DNA of 34,415 nucleotides from Nemertoderma westbladi. Lineage: Eukaryota > Animalia > Xenacoelomorpha. The translations under genes were made by a program, and so were the position numbers. The stretch is taken from contig JAUCBJ010000458.1 of NCBI GenBank assembly GCA_032718475.1, positions 1 to 34,415 of the forward strand, read 5' to 3'. Below the pieces are notes generated by a model. It worked only from the letters and a program-made list of their open reading frames with translations. It did not search any database and was not told the origin of the DNA. Below, piece after piece: positions 24,301 through 33,974 of this stretch. Each line of letters opens with the position of its first letter. The first letter of the stretch is position 1.

Positions 24301-26607
24301 GTCAGTCTAACTCACTACTATAAATAAGTGCGTTAGTACGTCGTCAGTCTAACTCACTATTAATAAGTGCATTATTACGTCGTCAGTCTAACTCACTACT
24401 TTAAATAAGTGCATTACTACTTCGTCAGTCTAACTTACTATAATTAAGTGCATTACTACGTCGTCAGTCTAACTCACTACTTTAAATAAGTGCGTTAGTA
24501 CGTCTTCAGTCTAACTCACTACTATAAATAATTGCATTATTACGTCGTCAATCTAACTCACTACTATAAATAAGTGCATTATTACGTCATCAGTGTAACT
24601 CACTACTATACATAAGTGCATTACTACGTCGTCAGTCTAACTTACTATAATTAAGTGCATAACTACGTCGTCAGTCTAACTTACTATAATTAAGTGCATT
24701 ATTACGTCGTCAGTCTAACTCACTACTATAATTAAGTGCATTATTACGTCGTCAGTCTAACTCACTACTATAAATAACTGCATTATTACGTCATCAGTCT
24801 AACTCACTACTTTAAATAACTGCATTATTACGTCGTCAGTCTAACTCACTACTATAAATAAGTGCATTATTACTTCGTTAGTCTAACTCACTATAAATAA
24901 GTGCATTATTACGTCGTCAGTCTAACTCACTACTATAAATAAGTGCGTTAGTACGTCGTCAGTCTAACTGACTATAATTAAGTGCATTACTACGTCATCA
25001 TTCTAACTCACTACTTTAAATAAGTACATTATTACGTCGTCAGTCTAATTCACTACTATAAATAAGTGAATTATTACGTCGTCAGTCTAACTCACTACTA
25101 TAAATAAGTGCATTATTACGTCGTCAGTCTAACTCACTACTATAAATAAGTGCATTATTACTTCGTTAGTCTAACTCACTATAAATAAGTGCATTATTAC
25201 TTCGTTAGTCTAACTCACTATAAATAAGTGCATTATTACGTCGTCAGTCTAACTCACTACTATAAATAAGTGCGTTAGTACGTCGTCAGTCTAACTGACT
25301 ATAATTAAGTGCATTACTACGTCATCATTCTAACTCACTACTTTAAATAAGTACATTATTACGTCGTCAGTCTAATTCACTACTATAAATAAGTGAATTA
25401 TTACGTCGTCAGTCTAACTTACTATAAATAAGTACATTATTACGTCGTCAGTCTAACTCACTACTATAAATAAGTGCATTATTACTTCGTTAGTCTAACT
25501 CACTATAAATAAGTGCATTATTACTTCGTTAGTCTAACTCACTATAAATAAGTGCATTATTACGTCGTCAGTCTAACTCACTACTATAAATAAGTGCGTT
25601 AGTACGTCGTCAGTCTAACTCACTATTAATAAGTGCATTATTACGTCGTCAGTCTAACTCACTATTAATAAGTGCATTATTACGTCGTCAGTCTAACTCA
25701 CTACTTTAAATAAGTACATTATTACGTCGTCAGTCTAATTCACTACTATAAATAAATGCATTATTACGTCGTCAGTCTAACTCACTACTATAAATAAGTG
25801 CATTATTACTTCGTTAGTCTAACTCACTATTAATAAGTGCATTATTACGTCGTCAGTCTAACTCACTACTTTAAATAAGTACATTATTACGTCGTCAGTC
25901 TAACTCACTATTAATAAGTGCATTACTACGTCGTCAGTCTAACTTACTATAAATAAATGCATTATTACATCGTCAGTCTAACTCACGCATTATTACGTCG
26001 TCAGTCCAACTCACTATTAATAAATGCATTATTACGTCGTCAGTCTAACTCACTACTATAAATAAGTGCATTATTACGCCGTCAGTCTAACTCACTATTA
26101 ATAAGTGCATTATTACGTCGTCAGTCTAACTCACTATTAATAAGTGCATTATTACGTCGTCAGTCTAACTGACTATTAATAAATGCATTATTACGTCGTC
26201 AGTCTAACTCACTACTATAAATAATTGCATTATTACTTCGTTAGTCTAACTCACTATAAATAAGTGCATTATTACGTCGTCAGTCTAACTCACTACTATA
26301 AATAAGTGCGTTAGTACGTCGTCAGTCTAACTGACTATAATTAAGTGCATTACTACGTCATCATTCTAACTCACTACTTTAAATAAGTACATTATTACGT
26401 CGTCAGTCTAATTCACTACTATAAATAAGTGCGTTAGTACGTCGTCAGTCTAACTGACTATAATTAAGTGCATTACTACGTCATCATTCTAACTCACTAC
26501 TTTAAATAAGTACATTATTACGTCGTCAGTCTAATTCACTACTATAAATAAGTGAATTATTACTTCGTTAGTCTAACTCACTATTAATAAGTGCATTATT
26601 ACGTCGT
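18313..26607. repeat. Tandem satellite of mixed 39-bp and 42-bp units, roughly 200 copies
   Basis: 39-mer gtcagtctaactcactattaataagtgcattattacgtc and 42-mer gtcagtctaactcactactttaaataagtgc(att/gtt)a(t/g)tacgtc. Periods checked at 18421, 18463, 18502 and 18541. Confidence 0.98.
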
Positions 26608-26665
26608 TTAAAACATAATTGGAAATTATAAATTAATTAAATAACGAAATTAAATTAATTTTAAG

Positions 26666-26826
26666 ATGGAATTTACCGATGTGAAGCAGCTACTATTGGG
26701 AAGGCCGTCTGAAGATACGTATTGCATCGCCAAGATCATACATGTCGTCAACGGACTGAAAAAATCAAAGAAATCAACGAACCCCAAACGTCAGAAACCG
26801 AACTACCATACCATGGTATTCTTGTT
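26666..26826 (+). CDS. Predicted coding exon 1 of a 4-exon gene (293-aa uncharacterised protein, putative OB-fold/zinc-ribbon)
   Basis: ATG at 26666 (preceded by ttttaag). Open frame MEFTDVKQLLLGRPSEDTYCIAKIIHVVNGLKKSKKSTNPKRQKPNYHTMVFL plus tt, then donor gtaagt at 26827. Its phase 2 matches the exon at 32054. GC is higher than in the flanks. Confidence 0.65.
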
Positions 26827-27039
26827 GTAAGTTTTTGTTTTTATATCTTAATAATTAAAGATATTGTAACTTTATTTAGATATGATCTTTAATCATAATC
26901 AAAATATGTTAATTAACATAAAGTATAATTTAGATTACTACGCAGCGCCATCCCATTTGCCAATGTCGTTTGCGCCGGAATCTTTATGACGTCTGAAGCG
27001 ACGTCGAGATTTCTCCGTAATTGATCTTCCACCCCCAAC

Positions 27040-27528
27040 CCGCGCCTAGTACTGTGGTTAATTTAACAACCGCCCCACTCCATTCGCGCTTAGTACTGTG
27101 GTTAATTTAACAACCGCCCCACTCCATTCGCGCTTAGTACTGTGGTTAATTTAACAACCGCCCCACTCCATTCGCGCTTAGTACTGTGGTTAATTTAACA
27201 ACCGCCCCACTCCATTCGCGCTTCGTACTGTGGTTCATTTAACATCCACCCACTCCACCCCCATTTTGACTCAGTCGTGTGGTTCATTTAACATCCACCC
27301 ACTCCACCCCCACTTTGACTCAGTACTGTGGTTAATTTAACACCTGACCCACCCTACCCGCGCTTAGAACTGTGGTTAATGTGACACCTTCTCCACCCTA
27401 CCCGCGCTTAGTACTGCGGATAATTTAACACCCGCCCCACTCCATCCGCGCTTAGAACTGTGGTTAATTTAACACCCGCCCCACTTCACACCCACTTAGT
27501 ACTGTGGTTAATTTAACAACCGCCCCAC
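27040..27528. repeat. 44-bp minisatellite, about 11 copies
   Basis: Consensus cgcgcttagtactgtggttaatttaacaaccgccccactccatt. Period checked at 27091 to 27135. Confidence 0.95.
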
Positions 27529-27727
27529 TAACTCACTACTATAAGTAAGTGCATTACTACGTCGTCTGTCTAACTCACTACTATAAATAAGTGCATTATT
27601 ACGTCGTCAGTCTAACTCACTATAAATAAGTGCATTATTACGTCGTCAGTCTAACTCACTACTGTAAGTAAGTGGATTACTACGTCGTCAGTCTAACTCA
27701 CTACTATAAATAAGTGCATAAACTCAC
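27529..27727. repeat. Detached block (about 5 units) of the 39/42-bp satellite
   Basis: Same gtcagtctaactcactactataaataagtgcattattac units and same orientation as 18313-26607. Confidence 0.95.
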
Positions 27728-28086
27728 CCGGACCGGTTGTACTACACTATTAATTACCCCGACCTGTTCCAATAGACTACTACTTACCCCGACCTGTTCC
27801 ACTACATTACAACTCACCCAGACCTGTTCCAATACACTACTACTTTCCCCGACCTGTTCCACTACATTACAACTCACCAGACCTGTTACACAACACTATT
27901 ACTTACCCCGACCTGTTCCAATACACTACTACTTATCCCTATCTGTTCCACTAGAATACAACTCCCCCAGACCAGTTCAACTACACTATTACTTACCCCG
28001 ACCTGTTCCACTACACTACAACGCACCCAGACCGCTTTCACTAGACTACCACTTATCCTAAGCTGTTTCACTACACTACAACTCAC
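27721..28086. repeat. 29-30 bp minisatellite, about 12 copies, with two alternating variants
   Basis: cccgacctgttccactacattacaactcac alternates with ccagacctgttccaatacactactacttac. Confidence 0.92.
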
Positions 28087-28242
28087 GTATACCGGCAAAC
28101 CACTCGAAACGCTAACGTGCCCTTTTTCGTCCAAAGTGCTAACTGTTCCAGATGCATGCAAATCAACTATACACCTAACTAACAAATTCTCTGGAAGGTC
28201 GCTAGAGAACATGGGTGGTAAAGACTACACATATACCATAGC

Positions 28243-28451
28243 CCTAACTGCATTGTCTATTAATGTTGTGCTAACTGCAAACCTGAACAGTATTACTATA
28301 CACCTAACTGCAAGGTCTAATTAATGTTGTGCTAACTGCAAACCCGAACAGTATTATTATACACCTAACTGCATGGTCAAATTAATGTTGTCCTAATTGC
28401 AAACCCGAACAGTATTATTATACACCTAACTGCATGGTTTATTCATGTTGT
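28243..28451. repeat. 61-bp tandem repeat, about 3.5 copies
   Basis: taatgttgt...ctaa(c/t)tgcaaacc(c/t)gaacagtatta(t/c)tatacacctaactgca at 28261, 28322 and 28383. Confidence 0.9.
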
Positions 28452-28472
28452 AGGCCTACTAACTAAGTGTTT

Positions 28473-31400
28473 AAACAGGATCAAACATTTTAGCATTTCT
28501 GTAATTCGTCTCGTGATCCTTATTTTGGCATTCGGCATTCGTGGGACCATGGAGCCCATAGGAGCCGGACACAATCGGCTTCACAGGCGTCAGTTAACTC
28601 CTGACCGTCTGCCTGTCTCACCCCCTACTGGAGAGAGAGCAGCCAACAATTATTTGAGTCCCTTTCCTGATGACCTTTCTGGCCCAAACCCTGGGTCACC
28701 AGGAAGGCCAGATTGTGATGGGGAGAGGGATTCTGGAGTTGGAGGCTACTCTCATGTTCCACCCCGACCAACAAAGCCATTGGTGAATCTGAGGCAAGTC
28801 ACAAGACTAGCCTCAGTAAACACCCTAACATTCGGGTCCCCAATGCGACAAGGTGAGCTGACTGCCTTGGCAGATAAGCTTTCTCTTAGCGCAGTGGGTG
28901 TTCAAGAACACCGAATGCAGACTGGACAGACGGATGAGGTTCTGATTAAGAACATGGGGGGCGGTTGGCGACTCGCCCTCGCGTCAGCAGATGATAGTGG
29001 CAATGGTGGAATTGGTCTATAGATGAATCCAACAGCACATGCAGCATTGGACAAAATAGACCAAACCTCTAACCGCATCATCCGTTGCCACTTCTCATGT
29101 TATGGAAGACTGGCTAAGAAGTTTCCTAAGGTGGTTCTGATTGTGTGCTACTACTATCTCCAACTATCTCGAACTAGTGTTGCCCCTGTAGAGGAGGTGG
29201 AAAATTTCTACCACAATCTACAAGCAGCTACTGATGGAGTGGATCAGCATGCATTCTTAACATTCCTGGGAGACTTTAATGGAAGTCTGCATCAATCACC
29301 TACATCGCCCTGGGTCTATAGCAATAGTGTTAACCGAAATTCTGTCCATCTTCAGGATTTTATCTCTGGAAATGGATTGTTTTCGGCTGGAACCCAGTTC
29401 AAGAAGCGAACTGGAAAGCTATGGACTCATAGTGGACACAGTGGTCACAAGTCCCGGATAGACCATATCCTGTTTCGTAGGAAATACATGAGCTCTATAC
29501 AAGACTGTAATGCATTTACACTTCGACCCTTCTCCAGTGATCACCGCCTTATTGTGGCCAAGGTAAGACTTAGTCTGCGTGCTAGCAGAACAACGAAATC
29601 TGCCTTGCCGCGGCATGACTGGTCCTCTCTGTTGCAACAGCCAAGTGTGAGATCCAGCTTCACACTACAGCTGAGCAACAGGTATGAGGCTCTTGCCTCT
29701 GAGGCGGCAGATCACTGTGAGGGCTATACTGCCTTTACAGAAGCAGTTAAGTTAGCAGCAGCAGAAACAGTTCCTGTATACTCTCGAAACAGGAAAAGGG
29801 CCCCCTGGACTGACAACAAAATTCAGAAGTGCCAAAATGACCTTCATAAGGCGCAGAAAGAGTCACGACTCAAACAGACTACAGCGGCCAAGAATGCAGT
29901 TAAGGCTGCATCTAGGTCCCTGAACAGGCAGTACTCTGCTAATCTACAGGAGATAATAAACCAACAGGTTGATGCCGTTAATGATGCTGATGACAGCAGG
30001 CAATCATCCCAAGCATGGAAATCGATCAATCTGCTTACTAGGCGGAAAAGCCAACCAACCACCAAGGTTAAGGCTGAATCACCAGCCGATCGCCTCAATG
30101 GTTGGAAAGCCCACTTTGAAAAGCTCCTCAATAATGACAGGGTATTGCCAGATAACTTTATAGAAGTAAAATTGTCTGAGTCTGTACTCCCAGATATTCC
30201 CATTGGCGATATCTCCTTTGCAGAAGTGAAGGCTGCTGCAAAGAGCATTAAGACCAATCGTGCCAGTGGAGTAGATGGTGTTCCCCCTGAGGTCTTTAAA
30301 ATACCTGAGTGTTTAAAGCTCATCTATCCCATCATAGTAGACATGTACCGAACAACAAGAGTCCCACAAGAAATGAAAACAAATAAGTTGGTGCCAGTTC
30401 CCAAGAAGGGCAACCTAACACTCTATGGTTCTTTTCGGGGAATCTCATTGATCTCGATTGCTGCAAAGCTATACAATAGGATTCTATTAAATCGCATCAG
30501 GGATCCCATTGAGATACTGCTCCGTGGAAAACAGAATGGGTTCCGTAAAGGTCGTGGGACCATGGAGCCCATTTTGGCACTTAGAAGGATAATTGAAGAG
30601 TTATCAAAAAAGAAAGACAGGCATCTGGCAGTTATCTTTGTTGACTTCTTCAAGGCCTTTGATTCAGTCTCTCGCTCACGTATGTTCAGCATACTTTCAT
30701 TATATGGGATTCCTGATGAAATTATTGCAGCAATCAGATCAGTATACGATGGTTCGATAACATTTGTGTCTACTGTTGATGGTGACACAGAACCATTTTA
30801 AGTGTTATAGGGCGTCCTCCAAGGAGACACACTTGCACCATTCTTGTTCATTATTGTGGTTGACTATGTTCTACGCATGTCCATAGATCATTATAATGAT
30901 GATGGGGTGATGATAACTCCACCTACTGGCTCCAGAAGTCGAGGAAATCCTGCCAAGTACCTAACTGATCTAGACTTTGCTGATGACTTAGGAGTACTCT
31001 CAGAATCATTAGAGGGAGCCCAACGGCTCCTCAGCTCATTAGAACATGCTGCTTCTAGTGTTGGTCTTTTTATTAACTCCAGAAAGACCACAATTCTGAC
31101 AGTTAACTTTGAAAGTCCACAGCAAGTCTCTGATCGGATGAGCATAAGCTCAAAGGATGGTATGCTTGAGCATGTGGACGACTTCTGTTACCTGGGATCA
31201 TGGAACCGGAAGTCAGGTGAGGACCTTCAAATACGTAAGGGAAAGGCATGGGCAGCCTTGAACAGGCTTTCCAGGATTTGGAAGTCACCGTGAATTAATC
31301 GGAAACTAAAGTCCGATTATTTAGAGCAGCAGTAGTTCCAGTTCTCCTCTACGGGAGTCCATGCTGGGCTCTAACTGCTGAGGACACCAAATCTCTGGAT

Positions 31401-31791
31401 GGCACATTCACAAGAATGCTACGCCGGGTTCATTGTGTCAATTACAATGCACACATCTCCAACCAGACACTATATAACATTGGAGGTGTCTCATTGGTTC
31501 CCCCAAGCTTGACACTAGAACAAAATCGCCTCCGCTTTGCAGGACATTGCTTTCGCCGTGAGGACCAGCCAGTGCATAATCTTGTACTTTGGCAGCCTCA
31601 TGGAGAGAATAAGCATGGTGGACAGCCCATGACTTTCTTGAGACGCATCTTAAAGGACACTGGCCTTAAAGATGCGGATGATCTAGCAAATGTCATGGGT
31701 GATGGGGAGTTGTGGCGGTGCAATTTTGTTGACAAGCCGGCACAGCATTGTTAAAAATGCAGCTGCAATGCTGCATGCCGATCCTAGTAGT
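28473..31791 (+). mobile_element. Non-LTR retrotransposon (LINE), RTE clade, near full length, inactivated
   Basis: Single APE+RT reading frame, very short 3' UTR ending in tagtagtag, and a candidate 7-bp TSD agtgttt at 28466-28472 and 31792-31798. The TSD is weak, so the 5' boundary is approximate. Confidence 0.9.
28549..31754 (+). pseudogene. APE endonuclease / reverse transcriptase polyprotein, disrupted
   Basis: APE motifs: ASVNTLT, GVQEHR, GGIGL, GDFN, IDHIL, SDH. RT motifs: PVPKKG, FRGISL, QNGFR, FVDFFKAFDSV, GVLQGDTLAPFLF, DFADD, FCYLGS. RTE-type C-terminus: LLYGS..W, RMLRR, LRFAGH. In-frame stops at 29020, 30799, 30808 and 31291, and a 1-nt frameshift near 31310. Confidence 0.95.
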
Positions 31792-31792
31792 A

Positions 31793-31975
31793 GTGTTTGT
31801 ACCCCGCGGTAAAACGGTGTTCTACCCTGCATTGCTCCATTTGTATGTTTTACCCTGCGGTATACAGTGTTTGTCGTTTGCACCCAGTGGTATAACAGTG
31901 TTTTGCCCTGATGTGTAATGTACAAGTGGTATAATGGTGTTTGTACCCAGAGGTGTCTCCTACCCGTGGTGTCGT
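31793..31975. repeat. Degenerate GT-rich tandem-like sequence right of the LINE
   Basis: Recurring gtgttt(g)taccc...ggtat words with irregular spacing. Confidence 0.5.
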
Positions 31976-32053
31976 TGTGTGTCTTTGTATCTTTTTATTA
32001 TCTTTACTATGACTTAAAGTTATAAAGTTTTCTCTAATATTTAATACTTTCAG

Positions 32054-32321
32054 AGATATTATATGCGGTCTCACATTCCACGTCTTACATAAAGATCGCG
32101 ATGCTTCTGAGCGATTTTTTCGACATGGAGTTAGAACCGGAGCCACTGTTCAACTGGAGGAAGTGGAGTTCCAGTCATCAACGAGGGGTGTTGGAACTTA
32201 CAGTACGGATTGCCCTGCGCAAGTCATCCATCAACCCCTCCGTTCATATACTGAACCCTACTTCACTTCCCCGGAACTATCCGGGTTTGCCATTTTCATG
32301 GCACACCTTGACTTGCAATCT
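32054..32321 (+). CDS. Predicted coding exon 2 of the 4-exon gene
   Basis: Acceptor ttaatactttcag, donor gtaagt at 32322. 268 nt, phase 2 to 0. Translation DIICGLTFHVLHKDRDASERFFRHGVRTGATVQLEEVEFQSSTRGVGTYSTDCPAQVIHQPLRSYTEPYFTSPELSGFAIFMAHLDLQS. Confidence 0.8.
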
Positions 32322-33078
32322 GTAAGTATTTATTCAAAATATAATCTTACCATTAATATTATGGCGGTGGGAGGAGATATACTGTTTTTTGACAACCTTT
32401 CAGATTTATAATTCTCAAATTATCGTAATTTTTGGGTTTTGTACTTATTTTGTAATATACTTAGGTACCCAATGTGATATCCTACATTACAGGTCAGAAA
32501 TTTTTTTTCCCGTTATTTAATATTAGTTAATACCATTTAAAAATTAAAGAATCTTGCGTGGTCTTAAAACCCTAAGGCTTTTACAGTTTTGAATTTAAAC
32601 ACCTTAAATTTATTTAATATGATAGATGAGGGATGGCATTACAAACTATCGCACAAATTTTGATGAATATAAACCTTCTCTGCTATATGGCGCCGCAAAT
32701 TTATACTATTTTTTAGTATTATTATAAATAGTATTAACTAAATATTTCAAAAAGTTATACGTTGTTCAAAAATTTGTGCAGGGTTACTATGTAAACGCAC
32801 ATGAATTTTCATACTTATTGCTCAGAAATTTTAAATTTTTTTTATTTTAACATTTAAAATTTACAGGTTTTTAAATTTTTTGAATTTTCCCAAAAAAACA
32901 TTTAAAGATAATAGACATTGCAATTTTTACATAAATAGTAATTTCAATAGGTATTTCTACATGAATTCCTTATAAGTTAAAAAGTAAAAGAGGTATTAAT
33001 TAGCGATTTTCTGATTTAATTTTGCATTATAATAGAAAATAGATAATAAAATAATTTCGAAACATTACCAAAATAACT

Positions 33079-33098
33079 CCCCCCCCCCCCCCCCCCCC
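33079..33098. repeat. Poly-C tract (20 nt) in predicted intron 2
   Basis: Read directly. Confidence 0.95.
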
Positions 33099-33380
33099 AT
33101 AAAACATTACATTTACAGAGTTTATTTGATTTTTTAAAAAGCAACAGATAAATTATTGCTGAACTTAATGTGCTTCAACATTTGGTTTATTTAACGAAGG
33201 AATATGTATCTTCAAATGTATATGTATATTAATATTAAATAAATAACATTTATATATTTATTTGAAAGATAAATGAAAGCATTGCATAAGTTTCTCAGTA
33301 TCGGACGCAATGGTGCATTATTATGTTGTATAAAATTATTTTTTCTATTTGAGTTATAATGATAATTATTAAATTTTTAG

Positions 33381-33605
33381 ATAACAATGATATCCTCCTG
33401 CAAAGGAGCCATTTGCGACGGTGTCTCGGGCCCGTACGCAAATTGCAGTTGTTACGATTCGAAAGTATCCTTTACTTCAATATGGAGTATTAAAGCCAAA
33501 TTAAATATCCCTGGCTCTATAGATAAGGAGGGGCATGTAGTACAACCTCATCCCTTCACCTCGAAATCGTTCTCGCTATTATTTTCAAACGAATATGCAC
33601 TAACC
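33381..33605 (+). CDS. Predicted coding exon 3 of the 4-exon gene (C-x4-C-x9-C-x-C motif)
   Basis: Acceptor aaatttttag, donor gtaagt at 33606. 225 nt, phase 0 to 0. Translation ITMISSCKGAICDGVSGPYANCSCYDSKVSFTSIWSIKAKLNIPGSIDKEGHVVQPHPFTSKSFSLLFSNEYALT. Confidence 0.82.
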
Positions 33606-33746
33606 GTAAGTTTATTATACTTTTATAATAATTATTTACAATGTTTAATATCTTATAATAAATAGGTTTGATATAAATTTAATTGTATCGTATTCCTGAA
33701 CAAAGTGTTTTCAGAAAAGATGTTTAATTAATGTAATATTATTTAG

Positions 33747-33974
33747 AGCCGGAATCAGCCATTTACAAACGTCCAACTAAGAAGAAACATCCGCGAGAGT
33801 GTTAGACAGTATGAGGCGGAGGGAAATGGCTGGGACGTCACGGGATGGGGGAAATCGGGAGCGCAGACCGAAAAAGGAGATGGAACTAAGGAGTGGGAGG
33901 CAGCCCGGCTGCACATAACAGCCATAAAGCCGACTAATGAAAACTACCAATTTCGGCAAATACAAGGTATATAA
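33747..33974 (+). CDS. Predicted last coding exon of the 4-exon gene
   Basis: Acceptor attatttag, phase 0. Translation SRNQPFTNVQLRRNIRESVRQYEAEGNGWDVTGWGKSGAQTEKGDGTKEWEAARLHITAIKPTNENYQFRQIQGI then TAA. An alternative donor at 33967 (aag/gtatat) joined to a short exon from 34021 cannot be excluded. Confidence 0.8.
   Translation, partial: SRNQPFTNVQLRRNIRESVRQYEAEGNGWDVTGWGKSGAQTEKGDGTKEWEAARLHITAIKPTNENYQFRQIQGI

Noticed and set aside
18313-26607. CRISPR array
   Set aside because: Units are head-to-tail with no unique spacers, there are no cas genes, and the context is eukaryotic.
18313-26607. Protein-coding tandem repeat (unit lengths 39 and 42 are multiples of three)
   Set aside because: Only one frame of the 39-mer is open (QSNSLLISALLRR), and the common 42-mers put TAA in it. 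The other frames contain stops.
28087-28242. Possible paralogous exon fragment (PFSSK on +, LDEKGHV on -, resembling PFTSK and IDKEGHV in exon 3)
   Set aside because: The matches are short, lie on opposite strands and lack clear splice sites, so they are compatible with chance.
29279-31288. Alternative-frame and antisense ORFs within the LINE
   Set aside because: Shadow ORFs of the APE-RT coding frame with no independent motifs.
32460-33080. MITE in predicted intron 2
   Set aside because: The composition suggests a repeat, but no TIR pair or TSD could be identified.
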